This document shows positions 1 to 9,188 of a DNA stretch of 64,000 bases, piece by piece. The stretch is from Candidatus Woesebacteria bacterium (GTDB lineage Bacteria > Patescibacteriota > Microgenomatia > UBA8517). The notes under the pieces were generated by a model that worked only from the letters and a program-made list of their open reading frames with translations, was not told where the DNA came from and made no database searches. Numbering within the stretch: position 1 is the stretch's first letter; the number at the start of each line of letters is the position of its first letter. A program made the translations under genes and the position numbers. Location of the stretch: NCBI GenBank assembly GCA_013374835.1, contig CP055307.1, forward strand, positions 542,963 through 606,962, in the 5' to 3' direction.

Positions 1-551
1 GAGGGGAGTGGATTATTTATGTAGATGCAGACGAGAGGGTAACAAAAGAGCTTAGAAGAGAAATACAAAATGTTATTCGGGGGAATACTGATTATAATTT
101 TTATGCTATTCCTCGTGAGAATATTATTTTTGGAAAAGTTTTTAAGCATGGTGGTTTTTGGCCCGATTATGTAAAGAGGCTATTTAGAAAAAAAAAGCTG
201 AAAAAATGGCAAGGTGAGCTTCATGAAGAGCCTCTGGTCGAGGGAGGCATGGGGTATTTAAAGTCGCCCCTTAGGCATCTAAAGCATGAATCATTAAGAG
301 AGATGGTTGAGAAGACTAATATGTGGAGCGAGATTGAGGCAGATTTAATGTATAAAGCCGGTCATCCCAAAATGAACATTATCCGTTTTATGAGTGCGAT
401 GATCCGTGAGTTTTGGCATAGAATGATCAGGGGTATGGCTTTTCTGGATGGGCCTGAGGGCATCATTATGGCAGTTTATCAAGTTTATAGTAGATTTATA
501 AGTTACGCAAAGCTTTGGGAAAGGCAGGAAAATGAAAGCTTGTATCGTTAA
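1..551 (+). CDS. Glycosyltransferase family 2, 5'-truncated at the window edge. Same subfamily as the CDS at 21005-21868.
   Basis: In-frame translation from nt 3 reads GEWIIYVDADERVTKELRREI...FGKVFKHGGFWPDYVKRL and continues into ORF 249..551. It contains the DxD-type VDADE motif. The tail resembles the 21005 protein (LDADERL...GGAYPDGVIRLVKRG). Stop TAA at 549-551. Confidence 0.7.
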   Translation, partial: GEWIIYVDADERVTKELRREIQNVIRGNTDYNFYAIPRENIIFGKVFKHGGFWPDYVKRLFRKKKLKKWQGELHEEPLVEGGMGYLKSPLRHLKHESLREMVEKTNMWSEIEADLMYKAGHPKMNIIRFMSAMIREFWHRMIRGMAFLDGPEGIIMAVYQVYSRFISYAKLWERQENESLYR

Positions 552-1563
552 CCCATATCTTGACAGCCTTGGAGGTGGAGAGCGTTATAGTATGAGTTTT
601 GCTCAAGTTTTATCTGAGATGGGGTTTAATGTAGATGTTCAATGGAATGATCAATCAATTCTTGAAAAATTGCGTAAAAGATTTGGTCTTAAACTTAAAA
701 ATATTAGAATAGTCCCTGATGTAAAGAGAGGGGACGGATATGATGTTTGTTTTTGGCTTTCGGACGGAAGTATCCCGCTTTTGAGATCAAGAAATAATAT
801 TATTCATTTTCAGTTTCCTTTTAAAGGGGTAGCGGGTGGTAGTTTAATTAATAAAATGAAGCTTTTTCGTATAAAACATGTTGTTTGCAACTCTTTTTTC
901 ACAAAAAGTTTTATTGATAGAGAGTTTAAAATAGAGAGTAAGGTTATTTATCCTCCTGTAGATACAGTATCTTTTAGACCGAGCAGAAAAAAGAAGGATG
1001 TTATTTTTTATGTCGGACGGTTCTCTCTTCTTACCCAAAATAAAGCTCAGGGCGAGCTTGTCGATGCGTTTATTAGATTTCATAAAAGATATGGGACATC
1101 TTTTAGGTTGGTTTTAGCAGGAGGAGTCGAGGTGGGTTCGAAAAAATTTTTGAGAGATTTGAAAAAAAAAGCAGATGGTTACCCAGTGACTTTTTTGGAG
1201 AGTCCGGATTTTTCCGAAATAGTTAATCTATATAAAGAATCTAAAATTTTTTGGTCTGCAAGCGGATATGGTGTCGATCCTGTTTCTGAACCAATGAGGG
1301 TTGAGCATTTTGGAATTACAACTGTTGAAGCAATGAGCTCGGGATCGGTACCTTTTTGTTTTGATGCTGGTGGAAATTCTGAAATTATCAAAGATGGAAA
1401 AACAGGATTTTTGTGGAAGAAAAAGAGCGAACTTATTGAAAAAACTATGATGATAATTACGGATAAGAAACTATATAATAGGGTTTCTAGGGCTGCCCAA
1501 AAGGAAAGTGAAAGATATAGCTATGAAGTCTTTAGTAAGAAAGTTGCCAAACTTTTGGTTTAA
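532..1563 (+). CDS. Glycosyltransferase family 4 (GT-B, retaining)
   Basis: C-terminal EX7E-type motif EHFGITTVEAMSSGSVPFCFDAGGNSEIIKDGKTGFL is typical of GT4. 343 aa. Confidence 0.8.
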   Translation: MKACIVNPYLDSLGGGERYSMSFAQVLSEMGFNVDVQWNDQSILEKLRKRFGLKLKNIRIVPDVKRGDGYDVCFWLSDGSIPLLRSRNNIIHFQFPFKGVAGGSLINKMKLFRIKHVVCNSFFTKSFIDREFKIESKVIYPPVDTVSFRPSRKKKDVIFYVGRFSLLTQNKAQGELVDAFIRFHKRYGTSFRLVLAGGVEVGSKKFLRDLKKKADGYPVTFLESPDFSEIVNLYKESKIFWSASGYGVDPVSEPMRVEHFGITTVEAMSSGSVPFCFDAGGNSEIIKDGKTGFLWKKKSELIEKTMMIITDKKLYNRVSRAAQKESERYSYEVFSKKVAKLLV

Positions 1564-3880
1564 GTATTGGCCTTTTTTGATAGCGCTGTTATTGCCGTTT
1601 ATTTTTTTTTGGAAATATTTTTTTCTTTCACTTTATCCTTTTCCCGGGGATTTTGTAACGGGGGTTTACTATCCATGGCTTGATTATAAATGGGGCTTTC
1701 CTGCGGGTGTTCCGGTCAAAAATCCGATTTTGGCAGACATTCCTTCGTATATTTATCCGATGCAGGTGCTTGCGGCAAATTTATTAAAAAAAGGCCAGCT
1801 TCCTTTGTGGAATCCGCATATACTAGGCGGCCTTCCTCTATTGGCAAATTTTCAATCGGCGGCTTTTTCTCCGACCTTATTTTTGTATTTTTTGTTTGAT
1901 GATATAAACGCTTGGAGCCTTCAGGTGTTTTTCCAGCATGTTTTGGTGATTGCCTTCACATATCTTTTTATCAGAGAGATAGGAATTTCAAAATTGGCAT
2001 CGGTTTTTGGATCGGTGTTTTTTGCTTTTTGTGGATACAGTTTGATTTGGTCACAATGGAACGGGCATACGCTTGCTGTTTCTTTTATTCCGCTTTTACT
2101 TTTTTTTGAATATAGATGGTTTAGGGGGGGTGGCGTAGCAAATTTGGGCGGCGGGGCTATTGCCTTTTTATTGCAGGTTGTTTCCGGGTATCCGCAATCT
2201 ATTTTATATACGGGGATTGTTAGTTTGGTGTTATGGATTTTTGTTAGTAAAGGGAGGTGCTTTTGGAAAAGGTCTTTCGCCTGGGGGGCTTTTATGCTTT
2301 TGGGGTTTGGCTTATCTGCATTCCAACTTTTACCTGGAATTGAACTTTTTTACCATTCCCAGTGGACTTATGAAACGCATCCTTTTGAATGGGCCTTTTT
2401 GCCTTGGTCAAAGATTATTACTTTTATTGCTCCGGATTATTTCGGCAATCATTCAACAGGAAATTATTGGGGACCACAAGACTATACTTCAAATACCGGC
2501 TATGTTGGAATAGTTGTATTTGTTTTAGCCACTTCTTCGTTTTTTAATAAGGCATTTTATAAGCAGAGGATGTATCTATTTTCATTTACAATTTTAGTTT
2601 TATCATTGGTGCTTTCTTTTGCGACGCCTTTATCGATTTTTTTATGGAAAAAGGGGGTGTTTGGGATGAGCGCTGCTTCGGCGCATCGGGCGCTTGTTGT
2701 TTCGAATTTTGGATTTTGTCTTTGTGCCTCATATGCAATTGATTATTATAGAAAAAATTTACATTATTTAAGCTGGGGGTTTGTATCTACTTTCGCGCTT
2801 TTGTTTGGATTTGTTTTGGGTAGTATTTATCTTTATTATCATTTTGACGATTTTCATTTTCGGATTGCTTTGAGAAACCTTGTTTTACCATTTTTTATTT
2901 ATTTTATTTTTTTTGTAGGATACAACTTGTTTAGGAGGCATAAAAGCGCTGTTTTGATTTTGATTTTCTTTTTAGGCGTATTTGAATTATTTAGATTCGG
3001 ATGGAAGTTTACTTCTTTTTCTAAAAGAGAGCTAATATATCCGGATACCCCTGTAATTACCTTTTTGAAAGAACAGGATAAACCATTTCGCATGCTCGCT
3101 GTTGACACGATGCCCGTTAATTTTCAGATGGCTTATGGTTTTGAGACGATCGGGGGCTATGAGACTATGAGACCGATGTTTATGTCAAAACTTATCGCCT
3201 TTATTAATTCCGAAAATCTTAAGGCAAGCCCTGCGAGTCGTTATGGGATTATTGATAATGAAACGTCGAGGATTTTAGATTTGGTTAATACAAAGTATTT
3301 TCTTGTATTGAAAGAAAATGGAGAAATTCCTGTCAAGTTTATGGGAAATCGATTTGAGAGTGTTTTTGAAGACAGATCAACCGCGATTTTGGAAAACAAA
3401 GACTCTCTTCCTCGGGCTTTTATGGTTTATGATTGGGAAGTAGTGGAAGATGGAAATGTTTTGACGGGTCTTTTACAGCAAGATTTCCGAGATAAGATTT
3501 ATCTTGATAAAAAAGTATATTTAAATTTGGCTAAATTTTCTACGAGGCAGAGTGTTTCCTATCTTTATTATGATTACCAAAGAAGTATTCTTGATGTAGA
3601 TACCGGCTCGGCGGGGATACTTTTTATATCAGATTCTTATTACCCGGGATGGAAGGCTTATGTTGACGGAGTTGAGACAGAGATAATAAGAGCTAATTAT
3701 GCTTTTCGTGCAATACCGATTGAACATGGAAGGCATACGGTAGAATTTGTATACAAACCGCAATCCTTTTTTTTGGGCGTATGGGTAAGTTTCTTGTCCG
3801 CCGGTTTAATTATTATTTCCCTTTTGACTTACAAGGCAATTGGAATGACAGATAAATTGAAGCTATACTTTAAGAAGTAG
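1508..3880 (+). CDS. YfhO-family polytopic membrane glycosyltransferase-like protein
   Basis: 790 aa with many TM helices. N-terminal loop LPLWNPHILGGLPLLAN and C-terminal beta-rich tail YYPGWKAYVDGVETEIIRANYAFRAIPIEHGRHTVEFVYKP followed by a final TM helix, as in the YfhO family. The start is uncertain: it overlaps the upstream gene by 56 nt, and an ATG at 1523 is an alternative. Confidence 0.6.
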   Translation: MKDIAMKSLVRKLPNFWFKYWPFLIALLLPFIFFWKYFFLSLYPFPGDFVTGVYYPWLDYKWGFPAGVPVKNPILADIPSYIYPMQVLAANLLKKGQLPLWNPHILGGLPLLANFQSAAFSPTLFLYFLFDDINAWSLQVFFQHVLVIAFTYLFIREIGISKLASVFGSVFFAFCGYSLIWSQWNGHTLAVSFIPLLLFFEYRWFRGGGVANLGGGAIAFLLQVVSGYPQSILYTGIVSLVLWIFVSKGRCFWKRSFAWGAFMLLGFGLSAFQLLPGIELFYHSQWTYETHPFEWAFLPWSKIITFIAPDYFGNHSTGNYWGPQDYTSNTGYVGIVVFVLATSSFFNKAFYKQRMYLFSFTILVLSLVLSFATPLSIFLWKKGVFGMSAASAHRALVVSNFGFCLCASYAIDYYRKNLHYLSWGFVSTFALLFGFVLGSIYLYYHFDDFHFRIALRNLVLPFFIYFIFFVGYNLFRRHKSAVLILIFFLGVFELFRFGWKFTSFSKRELIYPDTPVITFLKEQDKPFRMLAVDTMPVNFQMAYGFETIGGYETMRPMFMSKLIAFINSENLKASPASRYGIIDNETSRILDLVNTKYFLVLKENGEIPVKFMGNRFESVFEDRSTAILENKDSLPRAFMVYDWEVVEDGNVLTGLLQQDFRDKIYLDKKVYLNLAKFSTRQSVSYLYYDYQRSILDVDTGSAGILFISDSYYPGWKAYVDGVETEIIRANYAFRAIPIEHGRHTVEFVYKPQSFFLGVWVSFLSAGLIIISLLTYKAIGMTDKLKLYFKK

Positions 3881-5425
3881 ATGTTTGAAAAAAGAGATTT
3901 ATTAATACTAGGTTTTATTTTTTTGTTGGCATATATTTTGCGTGTTATTTTTTTACCATCTAATGCTTTGACATTCGGATATGACCAGGCGAGAGATGCT
4001 TTTGTTGTTCGAGAAATAATTTCGGGAGATTTTAAGATTTTGGGACCGCCTGCTTCAGCACCGGGGCTTTATCATGGGGTATTATATTATTACTATCTTG
4101 TATTTCCCTATTTACTGGGTGCAAATCCAGTTTACGCTGCTTATTGGAATAGTTTGTTTAACGCCTCGGTAGTTTTTTTGGTTTATATACTTACCTATTT
4201 ATTTGTTGGAAAAAAAGGTCCGTCTTTTCTGGCAGCCTTTTTGTTTGCCGTTTCGTTTGAAGCAACGCAATATGCAAATTGGCTTTCTAATCCGACTATT
4301 GGGGTTGTAAGCGTTCCTTTAATTTATTTAGGGCTTTGGATATGGATTAACGATTTCAAGCATAAAAAAGATAAAAGAACTTATTGGGGACCATTTTTAA
4401 CGGCAGTTGGTTTTGGTATATCAATACAAGCTGAAGTTTTTCTTTTATACCATGGGTTTGTTATTGTTTTTTGGCTTTTTGTATCAAGATCGAAAGTTTC
4501 ACTTCGCGAATTTTTATTGTTTTTAACGATTCTTTTTGTTGTTTTATCGACAATGATACTTTCAGAGTTTAAATTCGGATTTAGAGGTGTCATCGGTATT
4601 TTGAGTCTTTTTACGAATGGCGAGTCTTTAAAGTTTGCGAAGAGTTTTGGGGATATTTTGGTTCTTTATTTAAATCAGCTGGGGAGACTTTTTTCTTATT
4701 CAACATATCCCGGGAATGTTTGGTGGGGTGCGGGGTTTGTTTTTACACTTCTTTTATATAGTATTTGGACTTTAAATAAAAAACGCGTTGGATGGAAAGC
4801 TTTTTTGTCGAGTATTTTATTAAGCCATGCAAGTGTTGTTTCGGTTGGTGGACAGAGCACACCCTTTCTGCTTGTAGGTCTTGCTCCTTTTGTTTCTATA
4901 ATTGTTGCAATTTTTTTGTATAAATGGTGGACGGGAGGATATGAAAAAATTGCTTTTTTTGTTTTTTTGATTGTTGTTTTCGGGAATTTGTCTATGATTT
5001 TTCGGGAAAATAAAAAAGGGCAAACTGTTTTTGCGATCCAGCAAGACATGGTGCTTTCGAAGCAGATTCCTCTTATTGATTATACTTACAATGAAGCAAA
5101 TGGAGCTAGTTTTTCAATAAATACGTTGACTAGTCCTTTGTGGGTGAATACTGTGTGGTCTTACTTATATAATTTTTATGGTAAGCCCCGATACGGATAT
5201 CTGCCTTTTTGGCACGGGAGAGACCAGGTTGGAAGACTTGGCAATAATCTTGAAAAGACTTCTCAGGATGTTAATTTGTTTTATCTTATTTTGGAGCCAA
5301 TGGAGGGAATACCAAAAAGATTTTTAGATGAGACTGTGGCGGGTGAGGATGTTGTTTCAAGAATAATTGAAAGTAGGAATTTTGGTAGTATTGTGGTTCA
5401 GAAAAGAGAGGCTTTAAATGAATAG
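3881..5425 (+). CDS. Polytopic membrane protein, GT-C-like (PMT_2/ArnT-related) candidate
   Basis: 514 aa with at least 10 predicted TM helices. An N-terminal loop motif FGYDQARDAFVVREIISGDFKILGPP sits at the position of the DE-loop in the ArnT-like paralogs. Confidence 0.45.
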   Translation: MFEKRDLLILGFIFLLAYILRVIFLPSNALTFGYDQARDAFVVREIISGDFKILGPPASAPGLYHGVLYYYYLVFPYLLGANPVYAAYWNSLFNASVVFLVYILTYLFVGKKGPSFLAAFLFAVSFEATQYANWLSNPTIGVVSVPLIYLGLWIWINDFKHKKDKRTYWGPFLTAVGFGISIQAEVFLLYHGFVIVFWLFVSRSKVSLREFLLFLTILFVVLSTMILSEFKFGFRGVIGILSLFTNGESLKFAKSFGDILVLYLNQLGRLFSYSTYPGNVWWGAGFVFTLLLYSIWTLNKKRVGWKAFLSSILLSHASVVSVGGQSTPFLLVGLAPFVSIIVAIFLYKWWTGGYEKIAFFVFLIVVFGNLSMIFRENKKGQTVFAIQQDMVLSKQIPLIDYTYNEANGASFSINTLTSPLWVNTVWSYLYNFYGKPRYGYLPFWHGRDQVGRLGNNLEKTSQDVNLFYLILEPMEGIPKRFLDETVAGEDVVSRIIESRNFGSIVVQKREALNE

Positions 5426-6068
5426 TTCTATAAAATCCGCAGCAAATCTCCATGAGAAGGTGCCACCCGATTGGTATTATAGGTCTATTAAAAGAAATTT
5501 GTTGCAAAGAATTTGGCACAAAAAAAGATTTAGTGTAGTATCTTCGCTTTCAGAAAAAAGTGACCGTGTCCTTGATATTGGCTGTGCTGACGGTGTTTTT
5601 ACTAATGAAATTGCAAAATCTACTCATGCTCAGGAGGTTGTCGGGATAGATGTGTTGAAAGATTCTATTAATTGGGCTCGTAGTAAATGGCGAGGAAAAA
5701 ATATGAAGTTTTTGGTTGGGAATGCGCATAAACTTAATTTTAGAGCTAATTATTTTGATGCGGTTTATGCGCTTGAAGTTATGGAGCATGTTAGCAATCC
5801 GTATAAAGTAATATCTGAGATTAAAAGGGTTTTGAAAAGGGGTGGGTGTGTAATAATTTTGGTTCCGACCGATAGTACGCTTTTTCGTATAGTATGGTTT
5901 TTTTTGACAAATTATTGGTGGGCTAGGATTTGGGATGGTTGTCATATTCAATCTTTTAGTAAAAAAAATAGATTATCGAAACACCTTAAGGATGCTGGAT
6001 TTGCGATAGAGATTGACAAGACTTTTTGGTTTGGGATGCTTAATGTGGTTAAAGCAAGAAAAAAATGA
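5418..6068 (+). CDS. Class I SAM-dependent methyltransferase
   Basis: Motif I VLDIGCADGVF, an acidic post-I residue (VGIDV), and ...YFDAVYALEVMEHVSNP...LKRGGCVII are typical of Methyltransf_11/25. Confidence 0.85.
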   Translation: MNSSIKSAANLHEKVPPDWYYRSIKRNLLQRIWHKKRFSVVSSLSEKSDRVLDIGCADGVFTNEIAKSTHAQEVVGIDVLKDSINWARSKWRGKNMKFLVGNAHKLNFRANYFDAVYALEVMEHVSNPYKVISEIKRVLKRGGCVIILVPTDSTLFRIVWFFLTNYWWARIWDGCHIQSFSKKNRLSKHLKDAGFAIEIDKTFWFGMLNVVKARKK

Positions 6069-6973
6069 AGATAAACGCTGTTTCTATTGTTATACCTAAT
6101 TGGAACGGAAGAAAGCTTCTGGAGAAGAATTTGCCCCAAGTTCTTGAGGCGAAAAAGTATTCTAAAAATATGATATCCGAGGTGATTGTGGTAGATGATG
6201 CATCGGAAGATGATTCTTTAGATTATTTGGAGAAATTAAAGGGCGAGATAAGGTTGATAAAACACAAAAAAAATCGAGGATTTTCATCAAGTGTCAATAT
6301 GGGCGTAAATCAGGCTCGTGGGGAATATGTTTGTCTTCTTAATACCGATGTGTCTCCAAGTGCAAACTTTTTGGAACACGCGGTAAGGCATTTTAAAAAA
6401 GAGAGCGTCTTTGCAGTTTCCTTGCATGAGAAAGGTTACGGTCCTGCGGCCGGGAGGTTTAAAGATGGGTTTGTTGTGTTCGATGGGCTCGAGGAAAAAA
6501 ACGATTCCTGCATTAGTTTCTGGGCCAATGGGGGAAGTGCGCTTTACTCGCGAAAAATTTGGCTAAAACTTAAGGGGATGGATGAGAAAGTTTTTAGTCC
6601 TTTTTATTGGGAAGATATTGATTTGTCTTACCGGGCGTGGAAGAGAGGATATATTATTTTATGGGAGCCAAGGGCACACGTTGTTCATGAACATGAATCC
6701 GTTATAAATGAAAAGCATTTCAACAAACGGTTTATGGATTTAATTAAGGAGAGAAACCAACTTCTTTTTGTTTGGAAAAATATTACTAGCGATAGTCTTT
6801 TTAATAAGCACAAAAAGAATTTAATAAAAAGAATTTTAAAGCATCCGGGGTATTTACGTGTTGTACACCTGGCTTTGAAAAAGAGGGATGTTTCTTTAAA
6901 ATCTCGAGAGACAGAGAAAAAGGAGAGCAAAATTTCCGACGAAGCGGTTTTTTCCAAGTTTGAAATAGAATAG
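6065..6973 (+). CDS. Glycosyltransferase family 2
   Basis: SIVIPNWNGRKLL, VVDDASEDDS and NTDVSP (DxD), plus the C-terminal EDIDLSYRAW. Confidence 0.85.
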   Translation: MKINAVSIVIPNWNGRKLLEKNLPQVLEAKKYSKNMISEVIVVDDASEDDSLDYLEKLKGEIRLIKHKKNRGFSSSVNMGVNQARGEYVCLLNTDVSPSANFLEHAVRHFKKESVFAVSLHEKGYGPAAGRFKDGFVVFDGLEEKNDSCISFWANGGSALYSRKIWLKLKGMDEKVFSPFYWEDIDLSYRAWKRGYIILWEPRAHVVHEHESVINEKHFNKRFMDLIKERNQLLFVWKNITSDSLFNKHKKNLIKRILKHPGYLRVVHLALKKRDVSLKSRETEKKESKISDEAVFSKFEIE

Positions 6974-6975
6974 AT

Positions 6976-7788
6976 ATGGATGTAAGTATAGTTATTGTTA
7001 ATTATAATACCGCTGATCTGGTTTCTAATTGTGTTGATTCAGTTTATAAAAGTAAGCCGAAGGCAAAGTTTGAGGTTATTATTATTGATAACGGATCAGA
7101 TGACGCCTTAAGTCTAAAAAAAATTAAGAAATCCCATCCGGGGGTTAAAATTTTGTTTAACAAGAAAAATGAGGGATATTCTAAAGCTAATAATCAAGGT
7201 ATAAAGATGGCTTTGGGGAAGTACGTATGGCTTTTAAACTCTGATACTGTTGTTAAGAAAAATGCTCTTGACGCGCTGTTTTCTGCAGCAAAGCAAAGGA
7301 TTAACGGAGGGGTTTTTGGATCAAAACTTTATAATGCGGATGGGAGTGTTCAGGAATCTTGCATGAGGTTTCCAACGCAGTGGCGAGCTTTCAAGCAATA
7401 TTTTTTGGGTGAAAAAGGCCTGTTGGACAAATACGCACCCAAGTGTAAAGATGTTTGTGAAGTTGAAGCTCTCGTTGGCGCCTCTTTTTTGATTACTGAA
7501 GATGCTTTGAAGGGGGTCGGATTTTTAGATGAGCGTTTTTTTATGTATTATGAAGATCTAGATTATTGCAGGAGGGTAAGGACAATGGGGCTTAAAGTAT
7601 ATTATGTGCCTCATTCAGAAGTTGTTCATTTTCATGGTAAAAGTGGCGAGAGACTCGTTAATCCCGAAAATCAGTGGAGAAGGCTTATTCCGTCTGCAAA
7701 AATTTATCATGGAAGAGCGGGGTTTTATTTATTTAATTTTATAATTTGGGCGGGACAAAAATGGCAAAGTTTCAAAAATTTGTTTTAA
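6976..7788 (+). CDS. Glycosyltransferase family 2
   Basis: VSIVIVNYNTADLV, IIIDNGSDD, LLNSDTVV and EDLDYCRRVRTMG. Confidence 0.85.
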   Translation: MDVSIVIVNYNTADLVSNCVDSVYKSKPKAKFEVIIIDNGSDDALSLKKIKKSHPGVKILFNKKNEGYSKANNQGIKMALGKYVWLLNSDTVVKKNALDALFSAAKQRINGGVFGSKLYNADGSVQESCMRFPTQWRAFKQYFLGEKGLLDKYAPKCKDVCEVEALVGASFLITEDALKGVGFLDERFFMYYEDLDYCRRVRTMGLKVYYVPHSEVVHFHGKSGERLVNPENQWRRLIPSAKIYHGRAGFYLFNFIIWAGQKWQSFKNLF

Positions 7789-9188
7789 TAAAGAATTTTT
7801 TTATAAAAAATTGGCGGGAAGTTTTGTTAACTGTTTTGATAATTTTTTTGGGCAATAGGCTTCGTGAGTTTTCATATGCAAGCGTTCCATTGCCAGGAGA
7901 AACGGCCGATGAGTACAGTTTTGCATGGCTTGGGATAAGCTTGATTAAAGATAGATACCCAATTGCTTGGTCCGGACTTTCTGCATACAAAAGCCACGAT
8001 TATCAAAGAATAAACGTAGATGGTATATATGACGAAAATAAAGATCCCAATAGAGAGCCTTTTTCTATCGATAAGCCGTGGTTTGATCATCCGCCACTTT
8101 TCGGATTGATGATTGGTGGTTATGGATACTTAAAAGGAGTAAGGGATTTTAAAGACGCTTCGGTAATAATTATTAGACGTCCGATGCTTAAGATTGCGCT
8201 TTTTAGTAGCATACTTTTATATGTTTTGGCAAGAAGGCTTTATGGAAAAACGATTGCTTTTTTTTCTTTGATTTTATATTCGGTTACACCGTCTTTGGTT
8301 ATTTCTTCCCGACTTGTTTTGGCTGAAAATGCGCTTGTGCCACTTTTTTTACTAACGGCTATTTTGTTTAATGAGTATGTAAGTAATGAGAAAAGAAAAT
8401 ATCTTTTTGTGGCATATGGGGTGTGCTTTATTTCAATGTGGGTCAAGCTATCTTCGATGGCATCGATTTTAGCACTGTTTCTACTTGGATTATGGCACTC
8501 TAAACAGAAATTTGTCCACCTAAAGATTGCTGGTTTAACCTTTTTGTTATTTTTTATTAGTTATGTTTTATATGGGGCTTTGTTCGGAATTGATACTTTT
8601 TTTGCGGTATTAAAGGCTAATTCTCAAAGAATTTTTGGCGCGGGTGCTGAAATATTTTATTCGGCCTTGATGCAGCACAAAATAACAAATCTGAGGTACT
8701 TAACGGATGGATGGATTATAGTTTTTTGGATATCCTTTTTTGTAACTTGTCTTGAGATAAAAAATGGGTTTAGTAACAGATTTATTCCTTTAATTTTTGT
8801 TGTTTCGTATCTCTTTGTTTTTTTAATTTTCGGCAGCGAGTCATATGGATGGTATCGGTATCCTTTTTATCCTTTTTTAATTATTATTTTCTCCTCTTAT
8901 GTGTACAAACTTTGGAAGCGGGCGGATATTATTTCTTTTAGTGCGGTTGCGCTTATTCCGTTTGGGACCGCTTTCCACCGCTTGGTTGGAATTGAAGGGT
9001 TTGAACAGTATGTTTTTTCTTTTAGGCTTAATGTTGTATTTTTAATTTTTTTGACTTGTCTTTATTTGCTCAAAAAAAATCTTTCTGTTATTCGTGCTTA
9101 TATGCTGGCTGTTATAATCTTTTTAGTATATATTTCGATTAAGCTTGTCTATTTTTATGATCTAGGTAATTGGTATTTTGTTACATGA
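7746..9188 (+). CDS. Polytopic membrane protein, GT-C-like candidate
   Basis: 480 aa, multi-TM. An N-terminal extracytoplasmic loop has PGETADEYSFAWLGISLIKDRYP (DE motif). The start is probably the ATG at 7761. Confidence 0.45.
   Translation: MGGTKMAKFQKFVLIKNFFIKNWREVLLTVLIIFLGNRLREFSYASVPLPGETADEYSFAWLGISLIKDRYPIAWSGLSAYKSHDYQRINVDGIYDENKDPNREPFSIDKPWFDHPPLFGLMIGGYGYLKGVRDFKDASVIIIRRPMLKIALFSSILLYVLARRLYGKTIAFFSLILYSVTPSLVISSRLVLAENALVPLFLLTAILFNEYVSNEKRKYLFVAYGVCFISMWVKLSSMASILALFLLGLWHSKQKFVHLKIAGLTFLLFFISYVLYGALFGIDTFFAVLKANSQRIFGAGAEIFYSALMQHKITNLRYLTDGWIIVFWISFFVTCLEIKNGFSNRFIPLIFVVSYLFVFLIFGSESYGWYRYPFYPFLIIIFSSYVYKLWKRADIISFSAVALIPFGTAFHRLVGIEGFEQYVFSFRLNVVFLIFLTCLYLLKKNLSVIRAYMLAVIIFLVYISIKLVYFYDLGNWYFVT

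Noticed and set aside
844-1083. Numerous 60-130 aa ORFs in the track that lie antisense to, or in alternate frames of, the large CDSs. Examples: 844..1083 (minus), 1690..1899, 2160..2513, 4381..4593 (minus), 4696..5049 (minus), 5550..5951 (minus), 33169..33537, 41836..42201 (minus), 53784..54132 (minus).
   Set aside because: All are fully embedded in longer, motif-supported CDSs. Their translations are low-complexity (K/N/F/I-rich), as expected for random frames of AT-rich DNA. None has a recognisable motif.
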